The notes: generated by a model from the letters alone, not told the origin. A DNA stretch of 56,552 nt, filler included, from Sluysia triapertura (GCA_046118255.1; 4 parts of 4 records of this genome joined end to end with filler, not necessarily neighbours in it), one strand, 5' to 3'. Counted from the first letter of the whole stretch, positions 38,616-51,775 are shown. Numbers and translations are program-made.

Positions 38616-38865
38616 AACAGAAGCTAACTCACCTACCACTTTCTGAAATGAAGATTTGGTTCTTTGTTTAAATTTATTCACCGGTCCATAAGAAGCCTTA
38701 AAATACTTTTCCTGAGATTCTTTAGCTCTTTTTAAAGCAGGTCAGGAAATTTGAATCTTGCAGATTCTTAGTTTATCAAATATGTCATTTACTTCACTTT
38801 CTATTTCAAATGTGACATTTTCTTTCTAATAATATTTTCGCATTGAATAATCCATACCTTTTCGA
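38616..38865 (-). pseudogene. pogo/Tigger (CENP-B-type HTH) transposase remnant
   Basis: EIESEVNDIFDKLRICKIQIS*PALKRAKE...FKASYGPVNKFKQRTKSSFQKVVGELASV versus the HTH_Tnp_Tc5 pattern IPISGPILxEKA...FKASxGWLxRFKxRH.I.F..V.GESASV. Confidence 0.7.
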
Positions 38866-39262
38866 TTATTGTTTACGGAAATAAGTAAACATTTATTCTG
38901 ATTATCATTAATTTTTTTCATTTTTAAACGAAATTTGAAGGTAAAATTCAAAATCTCCTTTATATTTTAAAACATCATTCTAAATGGTTACATTTATGAA
39001 AGTTTCACCATTTTAGGTGGTCATTTTTGAGAATGTCTATATTGTGTTGACCTTGTACATTCAGTAGTTCACAAATTATACTGAAGTTTTAATTGAGAAG
39101 AAATTAATTAGAATAAACGGTAAAGAAAAGAAGGAAGAAAAAATAATCATTATTAATGAAAATCACTAGAGTTCAAATGCAGGAAAATTAATGCATGTTG
39201 GGATACAGGCCTAAAGCGCCATGTAATATAATGGACTATAGTAATCTGAAAATTCTTAGACG

Positions 39263-39328
39263 GGACTAATAGCTCAATGGGTAAAGCATCGAACTGTGCA
39301 GGGAGAATTTCGATTCCCGGTCAGTCCA
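39263..39328 (+). mobile_element. tRNA-derived (SINE-head-like) sequence, not a functional tRNA
   Basis: GGACTAA/TCAGTCC acceptor stem (6 of 7 pairs), A box TAGCTCAATGG and B-box-like TTCGATTCC. The anticodon arm is defective. A related inverted copy lies at ~41655-41785. Confidence 0.6.
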
Positions 39329-41410
39329 TTTTATGAATTTGAAAATGTCTCTGAAGAAAATATACTAAATGCATTTAAAATCTTTACAAGGATTAAATTG
39401 TAATTTAGCATTTAAAATATTTATAAATATGCACCAAGATTTCTCACTTTGAACATCAAAGAGTATTAAAACAGTATTACTTTGTGATTTATTATTCAAA
39501 TAATCTTTAAATATATATATTTCCCTTCACTTTATAGAATAACTTTGCTAAGTTCATCGTAATTAATTGTTATATTACTAATACTCGAATTATTGTAAAT
39601 GTTATAAAGTTTTAACGTTAAAATACGATGAGTCATGTTTATTTCATTTAAACTTTATTAAATTTAGATGGAATTGTACATTTTAGAAGTTAAATTAAAT
39701 TAGAATAACGAATCTCTTTCATAAGTTTTGTAAAATAAAAGAAATATGATAGACAAAGTGGATCAAACATAATTATTTATAATTTTATTATTTAAATTAT
39801 AAATATCAATTATTAAAATATCAATTTAGAAACGTGGATAATGTTATTCAAGAATTATTTCAAAAATTTAATATTAGTTTAATTTTATTGTTCATAATTT
39901 CGCGTCATAATTAAATATTAGCAAATTTATTATTATTGCCTATATTTCTATGTATTCTATTTTTCGATGAGATTGTACTACGATCAAAAATTCATCAATT
40001 TATATTATTATGAATTAGTCAATTTCATTCTGTAGGCCATCTTCAATATCTTTCTTTTTATAAAGATACTCATATGAAAATTGTAATGGAACATGTTGCG
40101 ACCTTGTCACTCTCAGTTATATTATTATTATTGTTAGGTTGCCATCGTAACCTTATAAAGTCTTAAAAAAGCATAAAAACAGAATTAATTTTCGAAAAAA
40201 GAAAATAACATTTTCTAAAGGAAGAAATAGAAAATTCTAAAACATGAGCAGTACTTTTAGTATATATATCATTACAACATTACCAAATAACAATCTAGCC
40301 AATCTTTTCAAAACGATTTTTAGAAAAAAAAGTCCAATAAATAATAATATTTTTATAAAATTAATAGGAATTAAAAGATTAAATTTAAAAGATTTTATTT
40401 AAAAGTAAATAAAAAAAGTAAATAAATAAATATAATATTTAATATTTAGTTTTATTTATAAGAATTCGTCTATTTAATTCACTAATAAGTAGAATCAGAA
40501 GCTAATATCTAAAGATGAAGATTTTTCATTGAAATTTTGAGTAATAAAAGTTAAGCATCAAAATATAATATAAGTATGACTTCATAAAAAATTAGAGATT
40601 AATTTTGGAATTTTACAAAAGTTAATGAATAATTGCCATTTATAAACTTATAAAATGTAATTGACATTGTTAATTAAGAGTTAGCGTTTAAAATAATGTA
40701 TAGTAATAATAATCTTAATCATAATAATAATGATAATAATAATAATAATAATAAAATAGTACGCCTATTTGGTTGTGTCACGTAAGTAAATCCATTGCGT
40801 ATAAACAATAAAATTATACATTGTACTATTTATTTAGGATTGCTATTTCGTGTTATAAAGCTCTAAAAATCAAAGATGAAAGTAATAATTTCGGAATAAC
40901 CAAGTTATATAAATATTTCTTTTATTTAATAAATTTGATAAATTGTTATAATTATTTACTAAAAACAGGAAATTATTGTTTTTCTTTTTGTTACTCATTA
41001 TATTGCATTATTTTTTCTGAACAAAATAATAATTAACTCGAAAAAATATTTTAATAAAATAACTAATTAATAATTTTGTAATTACTATTAAATTAATAGT
41101 AAACTAAAAATTTAAATTACGAAAATGCAACGTGCTCACAAAGTCTTACTAAGATTTTTAATAAAAATAAAGCAAAAATTTTAAGAAATAATCAAAATTA
41201 ATTCTGAATTTAGTAAAACAATTTTGATCAATTTTTATGAATGAAATTTCACAACATTATGAAACAACCCAAGAACTTCTTTGAGAACTCAACATTTCAA
41301 AATATTAAGTAAATATTGAAATAAAAATAGAATTACAAATAAATTTTAAAGAATCTGAATAATCTTAAAAGAACATTATAAATAAATCTAAAATTTCTTA
41401 GTAATTTTAA

Positions 41411-41494
41411 TATTACAGACATTATGTTTCTGACATTACGAATTAGATTTGATGATGATAAAAATGGTAATAAAACAATAAAAAATGATGCCAT
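41411..41494 (+). repeat. ~85-bp direct repeat, left copy (partner at 43161-43247)
   Basis: TATTACAGA.ATTATG...CTGACATTACGAATTAGATTTGAT.ATGATAAAAATG is present in both. Confidence 0.9.
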
Positions 41495-41654
41495 TATCAT
41501 CATGACTAACTACTGTCGTTGCCAGTTATTGTTATTTGTAGAATATTTTGAAGTAATATTTATGTCTAGATAAAGGAAAGTTGCAGAAATAGAATTGAGA
41601 GGTGTATTTAATTTACAAGAGATGTGAAATTTAAGAATTTATGTTATAACATAT

Positions 41655-41785
41655 GTTAGACTTCATATAATGGACTGACCGGGACCTCTAACTTCGCAGT
41701 TCTCTAACTTCAGCTCTCTCTAACGATTTTATTTTATTATAGTCAATTTTAGGCCTTTTTACTCCAACACATATAGAGCTTAATG
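41655..41785 (-). mobile_element. Second, deleted copy of the tRNA-like repeat
   Basis: The reverse complement contains TGTTGG..AGGCCTAAA..GACTATA..TTAGA and CCCGGTCAGTCCATT.TATGAA, shared with 39190-39340. Confidence 0.6.
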
Positions 41786-42333
41786 TGTTTAAATTGATTT
41801 TTTACGTGGTTAAATTCTGTTTTATAATCTTAAAATAAAATTATAAGTAAATCTAAAATTTCTGAGTAATTTTAAACGATACATCTTAAATAAAAACGTA
41901 AACGAAAGAAAATGCAATAAATAAATTATTTTATTTGCATAATGTTTGGAAATGACAGTTATCTTATTTTTTTGAGCCTTAAGAACTATTAAATCAACTA
42001 AATAATGTTTTATTAAGGTAAAATTAAAAAATACTTTATTCCTTTCAATCTTAAGAGTTATAAAATGAATTAAATCATATTTCATTGAGATAAAATAAAG
42101 AACGATTAATTTATTCCTTAATATGCAAATCCAAATGACATCAAATTTAAAAACATAAAGAATTTAATTTTTTTGTAAAAAGTTAAAACTCCAATAAAAT
42201 GTTTCAAAACATTAGAGATATCAAAATGAATTTGATGACTAAAATAAAATCGAAATGAATGAGTACGGTAAGTAATAATATGCTGGAAATCAGTGTATGT
42301 ATTTAGATGAGTAGACGTCGACAGAATCTGATT

Positions 42334-42735
42334 GGCAAGTGCACCAGATGCACATGCTTTCAGAGCTGGATTATTATGCTTTAATATTTCAATCAACGGA
42401 GGAATCGTTTCTTCCTTCAAAGCTCTTTCTCTATCTTCATTACTCATACAAACATCGATAATGCTTTTAGGAGATTTGGCACGAATCATTTCATTTTCAT
42501 GATACAACAACTGAGTAAATGTTTTAATTGAATCATTTTCCAAAGCATCTTTACGTCAAACAGAAAACAAAAACGAAGACAATCGAGTATAATAAGTTTT
42601 ATATGATCAGATTGTTCTTGTATTTTAATTAACAATTGTGCCACTAAACCAGTATTAATAATTGCTTCTGCACCAAAATAATGCTCAGAAATCATTTCTA
42701 AAGTCAAATGAACTAATTTTTTTTATTGGTTCTAA
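42334..42735 (-). pseudogene. RSPH14: Radial spoke head 14 (RTDR1, armadillo repeat) pseudogene fragment
   Basis: LTLEMISEHYFGAEAIINTGLVAQLLIKIQ..IILDCLRFCF..V[frameshift]DALENDSI..FTQLLYHENEMIRAKS...EETIPPLIEILKH...KACASGAL matches RSPH14 as recalled (GAQEIISKGLISSLVWKL..ILDTL..EAL..NIRSKA..VIPILVHLLKD..KSNAAGAL). There is a 1-nt frameshift near 42551 and both ends are truncated. Confidence 0.8.
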
Positions 42736-42869
42736 TTTATGGACAAATAATTGGCCAACATTGCAAACTTAAAAAAATCCAATCTTTTCAAAATAGAATT
42801 GAATTGGAGCAATAGTAGAAAGCCATGTTTAAATTAAAACAATTTTTATGTAATATTAACATGACATCA

Positions 42870-42914
42870 TCAAGATCCAGTCTTATTCAAGATCCAGTCT
42901 TATTCAAGATCCAG
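42870..42914. repeat. 17-bp tandem repeat TCAAGATCCAGTCTTAT, ~2.6 copies
   Basis: Directly visible; sits between the two gene fragments. Confidence 0.9.
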
Positions 42915-43138
42915 CATTCTTCATTCATAATACGACTGAGGTCCTTAGAAGAAGCAGTTGCACTTCCACGTTGTGCCGATTTCTGTTGTGAAGGATGTGG
43001 TTTGCAAGCAAATCAATGTAATAATTGAAAAGCAGCAGGTATCTTTTTCTCTTGAAAACCATACAGTTCAGCAAAGAAAGCTGTTGCTGCAAACATAGTA
43101 TCTCGGAGAAGATGAGTAATTCTTGTCCAAGTACATTA
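42915..43138 (-). pseudogene. NDUFAF5: NDUFAF5 (complex I assembly factor) C-terminal pseudogene fragment
   Basis: CTWTRITHLLRDTMFAATAFFAELYGFQEKKIPAAFQLLH*FACKPHPSQQKSAQRGSATASSKDL versus NDUFAF5 NCAWNRKxxLHRDTMLAAAAVYxEMY...VPATYQIYYMIGWK...SQxxPAERGSATVSFxEL. Has an in-frame TGA and is in a frame not shown in the ORF track. Confidence 0.85.
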
Positions 43139-43160
43139 AAAATATACGACAAAATTGAAA

Positions 43161-43247
43161 TATTACAGATATTATGGCACTGACATTACGAATTAGATTT
43201 GATTATGATAAAAATGATAATAAGAAAACAATGAAAAATGATACCAT
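43161..43247 (+). repeat. ~85-bp direct repeat, right copy
   Basis: See 41411-41494. Confidence 0.9.
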
Positions 43248-43340
43248 AAATTCAAAATTATTTAAAGAAGTTATAAAATAATACTAAAAATTTGTAATTA
43301 AAATCTGTAATAAAATCTAGTTTAAAATAATATAAAATCA

Positions 43341-43440
43341 NNNNNNNNNNNNNNNNNNNNNNNNNNNNNNNNNNNNNNNNNNNNTTAATTAATTAANNNN
43401 NNNNNNNNNNNNNNNNNNNNNNNNNNNNNNNNNNNNNNNN
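43341..43440. other. Assembly gap linker
   Basis: N44-TTAATTAATTAA-N44. Confidence 0.98.
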
Positions 43441-43441
43441 A

Positions 43442-43886
43442 CATGATGCACGTTCTGTTAAAGTTTTAGATCTAATTTCTGACAAGTATGATGATATACC
43501 GAGATGGAATAAAGCAGCAACCGGCCATGTTACATTTTTAGATGTTGCAGAAATTTTAGTTAAACAAAGCCAAGCAAGATACGAAAATCGTGAATGTTTA
43601 GTTTCCGCAGATTTCTACTGTATAAAAGGTAATCTCAGCAAGATGTTCAATTGTAAATACTATGTACATAATTTTGAGCGATGTAGATACAATGTTAGTA
43701 TGAGCATGAATCCAGTAATTAGTCTTAATGAAGGTATGTATTTTTCTGAATCTAAATCAAATCTTAATACACTTAATCCTTTTTATAATTATATTATTAT
43801 ATTTTGTTATTCCAGATATTTTAATCTACACCTTACCAAAATTGGATCCTGCAACGAAGAAGGACGATCCGGCTGCACACCACTGA
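43442..43886 (+). CDS. 3' end of an unknown spliced gene (exons <43442-43733 and 43816-43886); weakly like the C-terminus of an extended Tudor domain
   Basis: The frame is open from the contig edge. Donor G|GTATGT and acceptor TTCCAG are phase-consistent: ...FLDVAEILVKQSQARYE...SLNE|DILIYTLPKLDPATKKDDPAAHH*. Confidence 0.5.
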
Positions 43887-46429
43887 ACAAATATATCATG
43901 CTAACAAACATTAATATTTTAATAAATGTTTCTTGTAAAATTCTTAAATTCAATGTGTTTAATAATTGCCATAAAAGATGTAAACTAACTAGTCTTGTAA
44001 ATATTAAAATTTTAATAAATATCTATTTTAAACGACTTAAATGTTTCAAATACTCAGTAGATAATATAAATATGTATGTCAATAACCTTACAAAAAGCCA
44101 TACACTATTCGATCATGATTTTAAATTACGTCTTCCAGTAGGTGTTCTACTCAGCCACATCTATCTTCATACGCAGATCTTGACGCCCTCAAACTTTTCC
44201 ATGTTTCTCATTCTTAATAAGACATTAAAATATACAGCTAATATATCAATAAACTCCATATCGTGATGATATGAACTAAATGTTAAAGAAATTTTAAAAA
44301 ATTCGCTTTGAATTTTATCAGTAGCTTAAAATAAACGAATAGATACCAGATCCAATTTCCAATTATCTGAATCGATCAATAGAATGTATCAACCCAATAG
44401 AAATACCGGAAAAAATCTTTTCCTTATGAGACATACTAGAAAACATCTTTGAACATATAATATAACTAAAACGTATAACATAAAACTACAGTGCACATTT
44501 ATTGTTTATACATAAAATTATGTCTAGAGTATGTATTGTTTATAGTTACAAATTTGAATAAATTATTTTATGATTATAAAACTAACGATTATGGCAAAAC
44601 TACATAAGATTAATATTTTATGTTATATTTAAAATAACGATTGTTTAAATAACAATCGAAAGTATCTAATAGTTTTAGTAAACTTAATTGTAATTTATTT
44701 TCATTTGGTTTTGTTAAAAATATATCTGGATAAGCAATTGTTTTAATTAATCCAACATGTGAACATAATAGATGTTCACATGAATATTTTATCTGGTTGT
44801 TCAAAATTAAGTGTCCGATTACTCAATTTCATAATATTTAATAGTTCAACGATGTTATGTAAAAATAAAATAGTAAACAAATTCATAATACGATTTAAAT
44901 GCAAGAAAACATTTATGTCATAATAAATTTATGATATTCTAATTCTATAATACAAAATCCAAAAATTCAAGTGTATTGTAAATAGTTATCAAGTGGGAAA
45001 CAAACTAGTTTTATTCTTCAGAATTAAACTTTTAGCAATCATCTGTAAACATAACACCACAGATTTAATGATGTTTGAGGTTTCAATTCAAATTATTATA
45101 CTCTGGTCACATTGCATATGAAGTTCCTCTTTCACTTTAGATTTTGTCAGTATGAAGAGAAAGTAAGGATTTTAAAGAATATTCCCATATTTTTATATTA
45201 TTTGTTCTCTTAGTGTTAATTAGTAATTGTTATTTAATAAAATGGTTTTATAGTTACGTTGATTTCAATGGTTAATCAAATCTATAAATTGTTTCTACAT
45301 AATCATTTTTATAATTTAATCAATAAAATTTATTGGAGCCTAAACGAATCTCACAATTACATTGGTAACGTCCCTCAATATAATATTAAAATCAATAACA
45401 CAAAATAAATTTTCCATAAAGTATTAACCCCAAATAGCATCAAAAAATTATCTGGATTGATTAGTAAATATTGTACAGCTAAATATTTTCCTGCCTTTTG
45501 CTTAGCAGACTAAAATTTCTCTTATAACTTCCACATTTGTACATTGAATGTTATCTCATCTAAAGCTTTATTTGTTTTCATCGTATTTAATATTTATATA
45601 TAGGAATTATATTCGTTATTCAAAATAAAATCCATTTAATAAAAATTCTATTCAGCATCAAATTATCTTTTTTATTTATATGCATGTACAGATTTTTAAT
45701 ATTTTTATGATTATTTAAACAAAAACAACTTATCTACATGCTAATATTTACTTTTCTTTCTCTAAAATATTCCATTGATTATTTTATCAATAAGAAGCAC
45801 TTGAATAATCTTTTTACCATTTTTGAATAATTTAAATAATATACTAATTTATTACAGGATATCTAGTATATACAAGATTAGAACCGGATCCAGAAACGAA
45901 AAGACGCAGCAACTTCCAATTTTAGAAAATATATACAAAATTTTAGACAAAATAATTGGTGTAATAAATTCTTGTTTTGAAAGTGTTATAGTGTTTCATT
46001 TATATCATATAAACGTAAACAATAAATTTCATAACCATGAAACTAATAAATATGTGGAGCTAGGTAATGAGCAAAATTTTAATAAAATTTTTCGTCAATG
46101 TAAATATAAGATAGATGTAAAGAAACTCCAAGAACATAATATAGTAATCGAATGTTTAGGAGATAAAATGGCTTTTTATAATAATTATATAATTACTTTA
46201 GATAAATTTCAACATTATAGGGTTATTAAGGTTTTATTCCTGATACAAAGCTACATTACTACACCTAGACTATTAAAGTCTGATTTTATGATAAACATGT
46301 TTAACATTGTAAGGTTTAACTTCTTCAAATATCATCAAGTTTCATTTAATTATAAGCCCTCAAATCATAATAAAAACAAAATTACATCCAATTCAACCTC
46401 CATAGACACAATACATAGAAATGAAGTAT

Positions 46430-48839
46430 CCAAACCTACTGAGGGAAGAGTTTTCAACAGATCACAACTCTACCTCTATCCACTTCATTCAAACAATCCC
46501 AACTGCACCGTGCAAATTACGTCGTCGGGAGATATCTCAAGAAGTCCGCGCACAAACAGAACAATAATTTCTCGACATGGAGAAACAAGGAATTGTGCGC
46601 CGATCTTCTTCATCTTGGGCCGCACCCCTACAAATAGTAAAGAAAAAAGACGGGTCAATCAGGATATGCGGTGACTACCGAATGCTAAATAAAGTCACGA
46701 TCCCTGACGCACATCCTATGCCTTTAATAACAGATATTTTACATCGGTTCTCTGGCTGCAAAATATTCTCTTCAATTGATTTAGCGAAAGCTTACCATCA
46801 AATCCCGGTACACTCAGAGGATATCGCGAAGACCGCAGTTACTACACCTTTCGGCTTATTCGAGTACACAAGAATGCCGTTTGGTCTTCGAAATGCTGCT
46901 CAGACCTTCCAGAGATACATAGATCATATTCTTCAAGGTCTACCATTCGTTGCAGCATATATTGATGATATTCCCATAAACAACATCTCGACCAAGTTTT
47001 AAAACTGCTGGCAGACCACAATTTAATAATCAAATAAAAGAAATGCCAATTCTTTCAATCTAAAATTGCATTTCTTGGCCACGAAATCTCTTCTGACGGC
47101 ATCGAACCATTACCAAGCCGTACAGAAGTAATAAGGAATTTCCCGCAACCAGAAACAGTCACGCAAATGCGGAGTTTCCTTGGCCTAGTCAATTACTGCC
47201 GCAGATTCCTACCAAAACTGTCTGAGATCTTAGCACCACTAACTGCCTTATCATCCGGAAAGAAGACAAGAATAATAAATTGGAATGGAACTTCGTTAGC
47301 TGCATTTCAAGAAATCAAAAATCATATTACCAAAATGCAGAGTCTAGCGTTTCCATTACCAAATGAAAAATTCATATTAACAACTGATGCGTTAAATATA
47401 GCAGTTGGTGCAGTTTTAACCCAATATCACAACGAAGTGCCACGACCAATCGAATTTTACTCACACAAGTTATCCAACCAACAAACACGATATTCTGCTT
47501 TTGATCGTGAACTTTTGGCAATATACCTCGCAGTGAAACATTTCAAATACTTGCTAATGCCAGTGAAATTTACAGTTCAAACAGACCACAAGCATTTGTT
47601 ATTCATCTTTTCGATAATTAACCCTTCTCCAAGGCAACAAAGGCATATCAGCTGTTCAATTTCGATATACAGCATATCCCTGGACAGGAAAACATAGTCG
47701 CTGAAGCCTTATCACGAGTTGGCATCAGTAGCATCGAATTTCAGTCGATATTTTCAATCGAGGATCTAAAAGGTGATCCTCCTTCAGCAGAAGATATATC
47801 GAAGTTTTCTGCTACACCAACGTTACGAGGAGTATATCTTTATCACCAATTGTCAGGAATTTCACGACCAGTTGTTGGCCCAAACTTGAGGATTAAAGCG
47901 TTTGAATTTATTCACAATACAACGCACTCAGGATCCAAATCTACATACGAAATGTTAAAATCCAAGGTGATTTGGCCTTTCTTGCGGAAAGATATTAAAA
48001 ATTGGGCAAAATCATGCCTCACCTGCCAGGCGGTGAAAACACACAAACATACCAAACCAGAAATCCTGCATTTTCCAACCGGTCAACTTTTCGATACAAT
48101 TCATGTGGATATCGTCGGTCCTCTTCCAAATTCCAAAGGATATACATACATCTTGACAATCATAGACCGACATAGTCGTTGGCCGGAAGCGTTTCCAATG
48201 CGCTCCATATCTACTGTAACAATAACTAACATTCTTGTAACGCATTGGATCGCAAGGTTTGGTGTGCCTAAGAGAATAATTACCGATCAAGGCAAACAAT
48301 TCCAATCTGAGCTTTTCAACAGTTTATTAAAACATCTAGGAAGCTCCAGATTAAGAACAACAGCCTATCATCCGCAATCAAATGGAATGATAGAGCGTTT
48401 TCATCGTACACTGAAAAGTTCACTGCGCGCACTTTCAATTAAACATAATTGGTTGGATGCACTACCTCTCATATTACTTGGTTGGAGGAATATTCTACAC
48501 TCATCTACCGGATATTCCCCAGCTCAAATAGTTTTTGGTACAAGTACAATACCACACGAAGAATACGTTTTCTCTAAGCATTTAAGACAATATATAAGCG
48601 AATTAAACAAATCACCGATACATAATAATTCATCGCGTGTATACATATCACAAAATATCACCGATAGTGAATATGTCTGGTTGATCGTAAAAAATCCTCA
48701 TTCGTTGCAGCCAAAATATATAGGCCCGTACAAAGTAATTAATATAAATAAGGAGAACCAAACTGTTATCATCTCAATCGTTGGACAACTGGTGCAACAT
48801 CAAACCAGCGACAATTCTAATCGACAAGAATCAAAATGA
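46430..48839 (+). pseudogene. pol: Ty3/Gypsy pol (RT, RNase H, integrase), CsRn1-like, disrupted; gag/protease and 5' LTR not seen
   Basis: RT: SSSWAAPL..VKKKDG..RICGDYR..MPFGLRNAAQTFQR..YIDD. RNase H: LTTDA..AVGAVL..YSAFDRELLA. Integrase: HHCC zinc finger, HVDIVGP, TDQG, NGMIERFHR and a C-terminal YIGPY. Frameshifts and stops are present. Confidence 0.95.
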
Positions 48840-48969
48840 CCCGAAAAAAGTAATCAAATCAGTCACTTTTGATACCGGAGCTACTATACAATTATTCAAT
48901 AAAAGAACCTGTAACAATCGAAAACGTTAAAAAGGTCTCTTTCACTACACCTTTACGCTCCGCGTCTCT

Positions 48970-48979
48970 AAAGGGGGCT
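48970..48979 (+). other. Polypurine tract of the Gypsy element
   Basis: AAAGGGGGC immediately before TG at 48982. Confidence 0.7.
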
Positions 48980-48981
48980 TA

Positions 48982-49432
48982 TGTGTGGAAATCTCAAAAT
49001 TCATCACACTTCATCACATAAAGACATCACTCACTTACACAGGTCATTAAACAAACTACTAAATTCATTCAAAAAACAAACATAATCATTGCACATAATT
49101 ACCATAAACTACAGCTATTATTATTAAACAATATATATAATAATTATAATCATTAGTGTTATATAATATGATTATCAAATATCTTTTATAATAACTTTAA
49201 CAATAAATTTCATAATAAAATTTCGTAACATCAACAATGCCAGTATTAATAAACATAATAACCACGTTATTGTTATCATTATTATTTCCTTTATCATTAT
49301 TATTTCCTTTATCATTATTATTTCCTTTATCATTAGTATCAATCTTTCTATATATATAAAGTATATAAATATATAAATATAAAGTATATATTTAGCATCT
49401 GTTATAGAATTTGATCTGTTAACAACTCCAAC
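48982..49432 (+). mobile_element. Gypsy 3' LTR (TG...CA; right end approximate), containing an 18-bp tandem repeat at ~49274-49336
   Basis: Begins TGTGTGG after the PPT, is C/A-rich, has TATATAAA boxes and ends ...ACTCCAACA. Confidence 0.6.
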
Positions 49433-49473
49433 AGTACAGAATTTTATCCTACAGTCATACAGTATTATAATAG

Positions 49474-49868
49474 TGTGAGTGTTTTTATGGGTCTTTTTCT
49501 TCTATTTTATTTTTTTATTAAAAAAGTTTAATTTCGTTTATGTTAAATTATTATTCTTTAAAGGCCCTAAGCCTAGTTTATTAATTCATAATTTTAATAG
49601 TTTTTTTAATGGTTTTAAAATTAAACGTTAATTGTTCGTTTATAATTAAATGTTTGACGTTTTCCATTAAAATATAAAGTTAAATACTAATAAATATAAT
49701 TCTTTAACATTTTATAAGCAAAAGTGCCCCACAAAAGAGTATTTAAAATGATATGAAATTTTACGTTTGTCATGTTTGATGGTATTAAGCGTTGTGAAGT
49801 GTTGAGAAGAGTGTTCTTGTTATGTAATGGTAAAATAAAATTGTAAAGGTAATAGGTTGGCCACCACA
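49474..49868 (-). mobile_element. Solo-LTR-like segment TGTGGTGGCC...CACA
   Basis: Shared terminal decamer, C/A-rich strand and TGTG/CACA ends. The TSD is not convincing (AATAG vs ATTAT). Confidence 0.45.
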
Positions 49869-51775
49869 ATTATTCAATCCGTAATTGTCATTTTCTCCAT
49901 TTTTATTATTTGAATTCAAGAATCATTCAGTTACATTAACATAGGTAGGTTCATCAAGACTACAATAATCTGCTTTCGTTAAGAGGTGATGTTTCATAGT
50001 TATCCATCAAGAATCAAGATTCCATTTTTATAGGATCAATAAAAATATTTTTATTAATTAAAACATTAAATTTTTATTAAATATTATTATTTTAAATAGT
50101 ATCTTTTTGATTGGTATCAATGACAAATAATTTGATGGTTTTACACTGAGCACATAACAAAAAGTTGCGATTCTTATCAATATGTATATCCCGAAAGTAA
50201 TTACGGAAATTAATATAAAATGTGTTATGATTATGATACAACACAGTTTCTGGTTGAATTATGAACGTAACTCATTGGATTATCTTCTAGTTATATGTAA
50301 AATGATTTTTGAATGTTGTTCTCATTTCGAAAAGACTGATTATTTTTTCAAATATTTTTTTCTTATTTCTAGTAAAGATGCACCGTAACTGGCAAATGAA
50401 CTCGAATTTGATGATCCGCTAAATAATTGAATATACTTTGACATTCTTTTGTCGACGTCATCATATATGTAGTGGCCAACACTCATAATCATTAGAAAGT
50501 TATAAAAATTTAACATCGAAAATATAATCACACTCAACATTATCAATTTAAAACAGTTAGTTCACAAAAAACATAACATCCAAATCAATCACATTTCACA
50601 CCATCGAATTACATTAACTGATTCATCATAAACAATATTCGACATTTATAGTAATTTAACAACATCTCAAACAATTCATCTATACTCTCAACCATTCACC
50701 TTACACTATATTTTGACAATCCATAACATTCATTCAATATGTTATCTACTCAAACCAAACCACAATCATACTCAACATTATCAATTCACATTAGCTCAAC
50801 TTTCACATAAACTTAACAATAAACTCATTTGAAATAATACATCTAATATTCCCAAACACTTCATCTTACACTACATTTTGGCAATCAATATCTAACATTA
50901 GAGAACATCCATTAATAGCTTATTCTCTTAAACCGAACCACAACCATAGACTTACAACATAAAAACCATAAAACAATGAATACCATTTCACAACATCAAC
51001 AAATATACTTGAATATGGAAAACACTTACTTCACATCTTCGAATCAGGTGCATTTCAAATACACTATTCATCAATGCATAATCATCATTAGCACAGAACA
51101 TCAACACTAAACACCAAAAAAAATAATCACACAAAACATAGCATAATAGCATCCTTAGTATACAAAGAGTTATATTGTAATTCCCCATTCAAATTCAATA
51201 AATTACAACCTTTTCAATAAACCTTTTTTTTCATGATATTTCTATATTTAAACATCGTTTTCAATTATAAACTTCAATTAATACTTAGTACCTTATTCTA
51301 ACATTCTCCATTTCATTTTGCTACTCAGATTAAGTATAATACCTTCAAAGATTAATTATATTTACTAATTCTTTCAAAACAATCTTTACTCAGAAATTAA
51401 ATTTATTTCAATATGTTAAAATTCAATAACGAGATTACCAAAATCTAATACAGCTTTAAAGAATTCATACAATGAAGCAGCAACGATACCTCGTGCACCG
51501 TATACCCCGTTATCGTTGCTCCTTCATACAATATCAGTAATTTTATTTCATTTTATTTCAAATATTAGAAGTAATAAAGATTAAGAGAAAAGATCATGTT
51601 AGATTTATTTAAGAAAAGAAGTTTTATGTGTATTTTTATATTTTTTTCGTTTTATTAATAATAATAATAACAATATTGTTATTGTTATTATTAATACTAT
51701 TGTTGTTATTATTATTATTATTAATAACTAAATAAATTATTATAAAAATTTTTATTCAATACAAAAATTGTTACT

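Noticed and set aside
45823-46430. ORF 45823 as the Gypsy gag
   Set aside because: No zinc knuckle or protease motif; its 3' part is simply out-of-frame pol.
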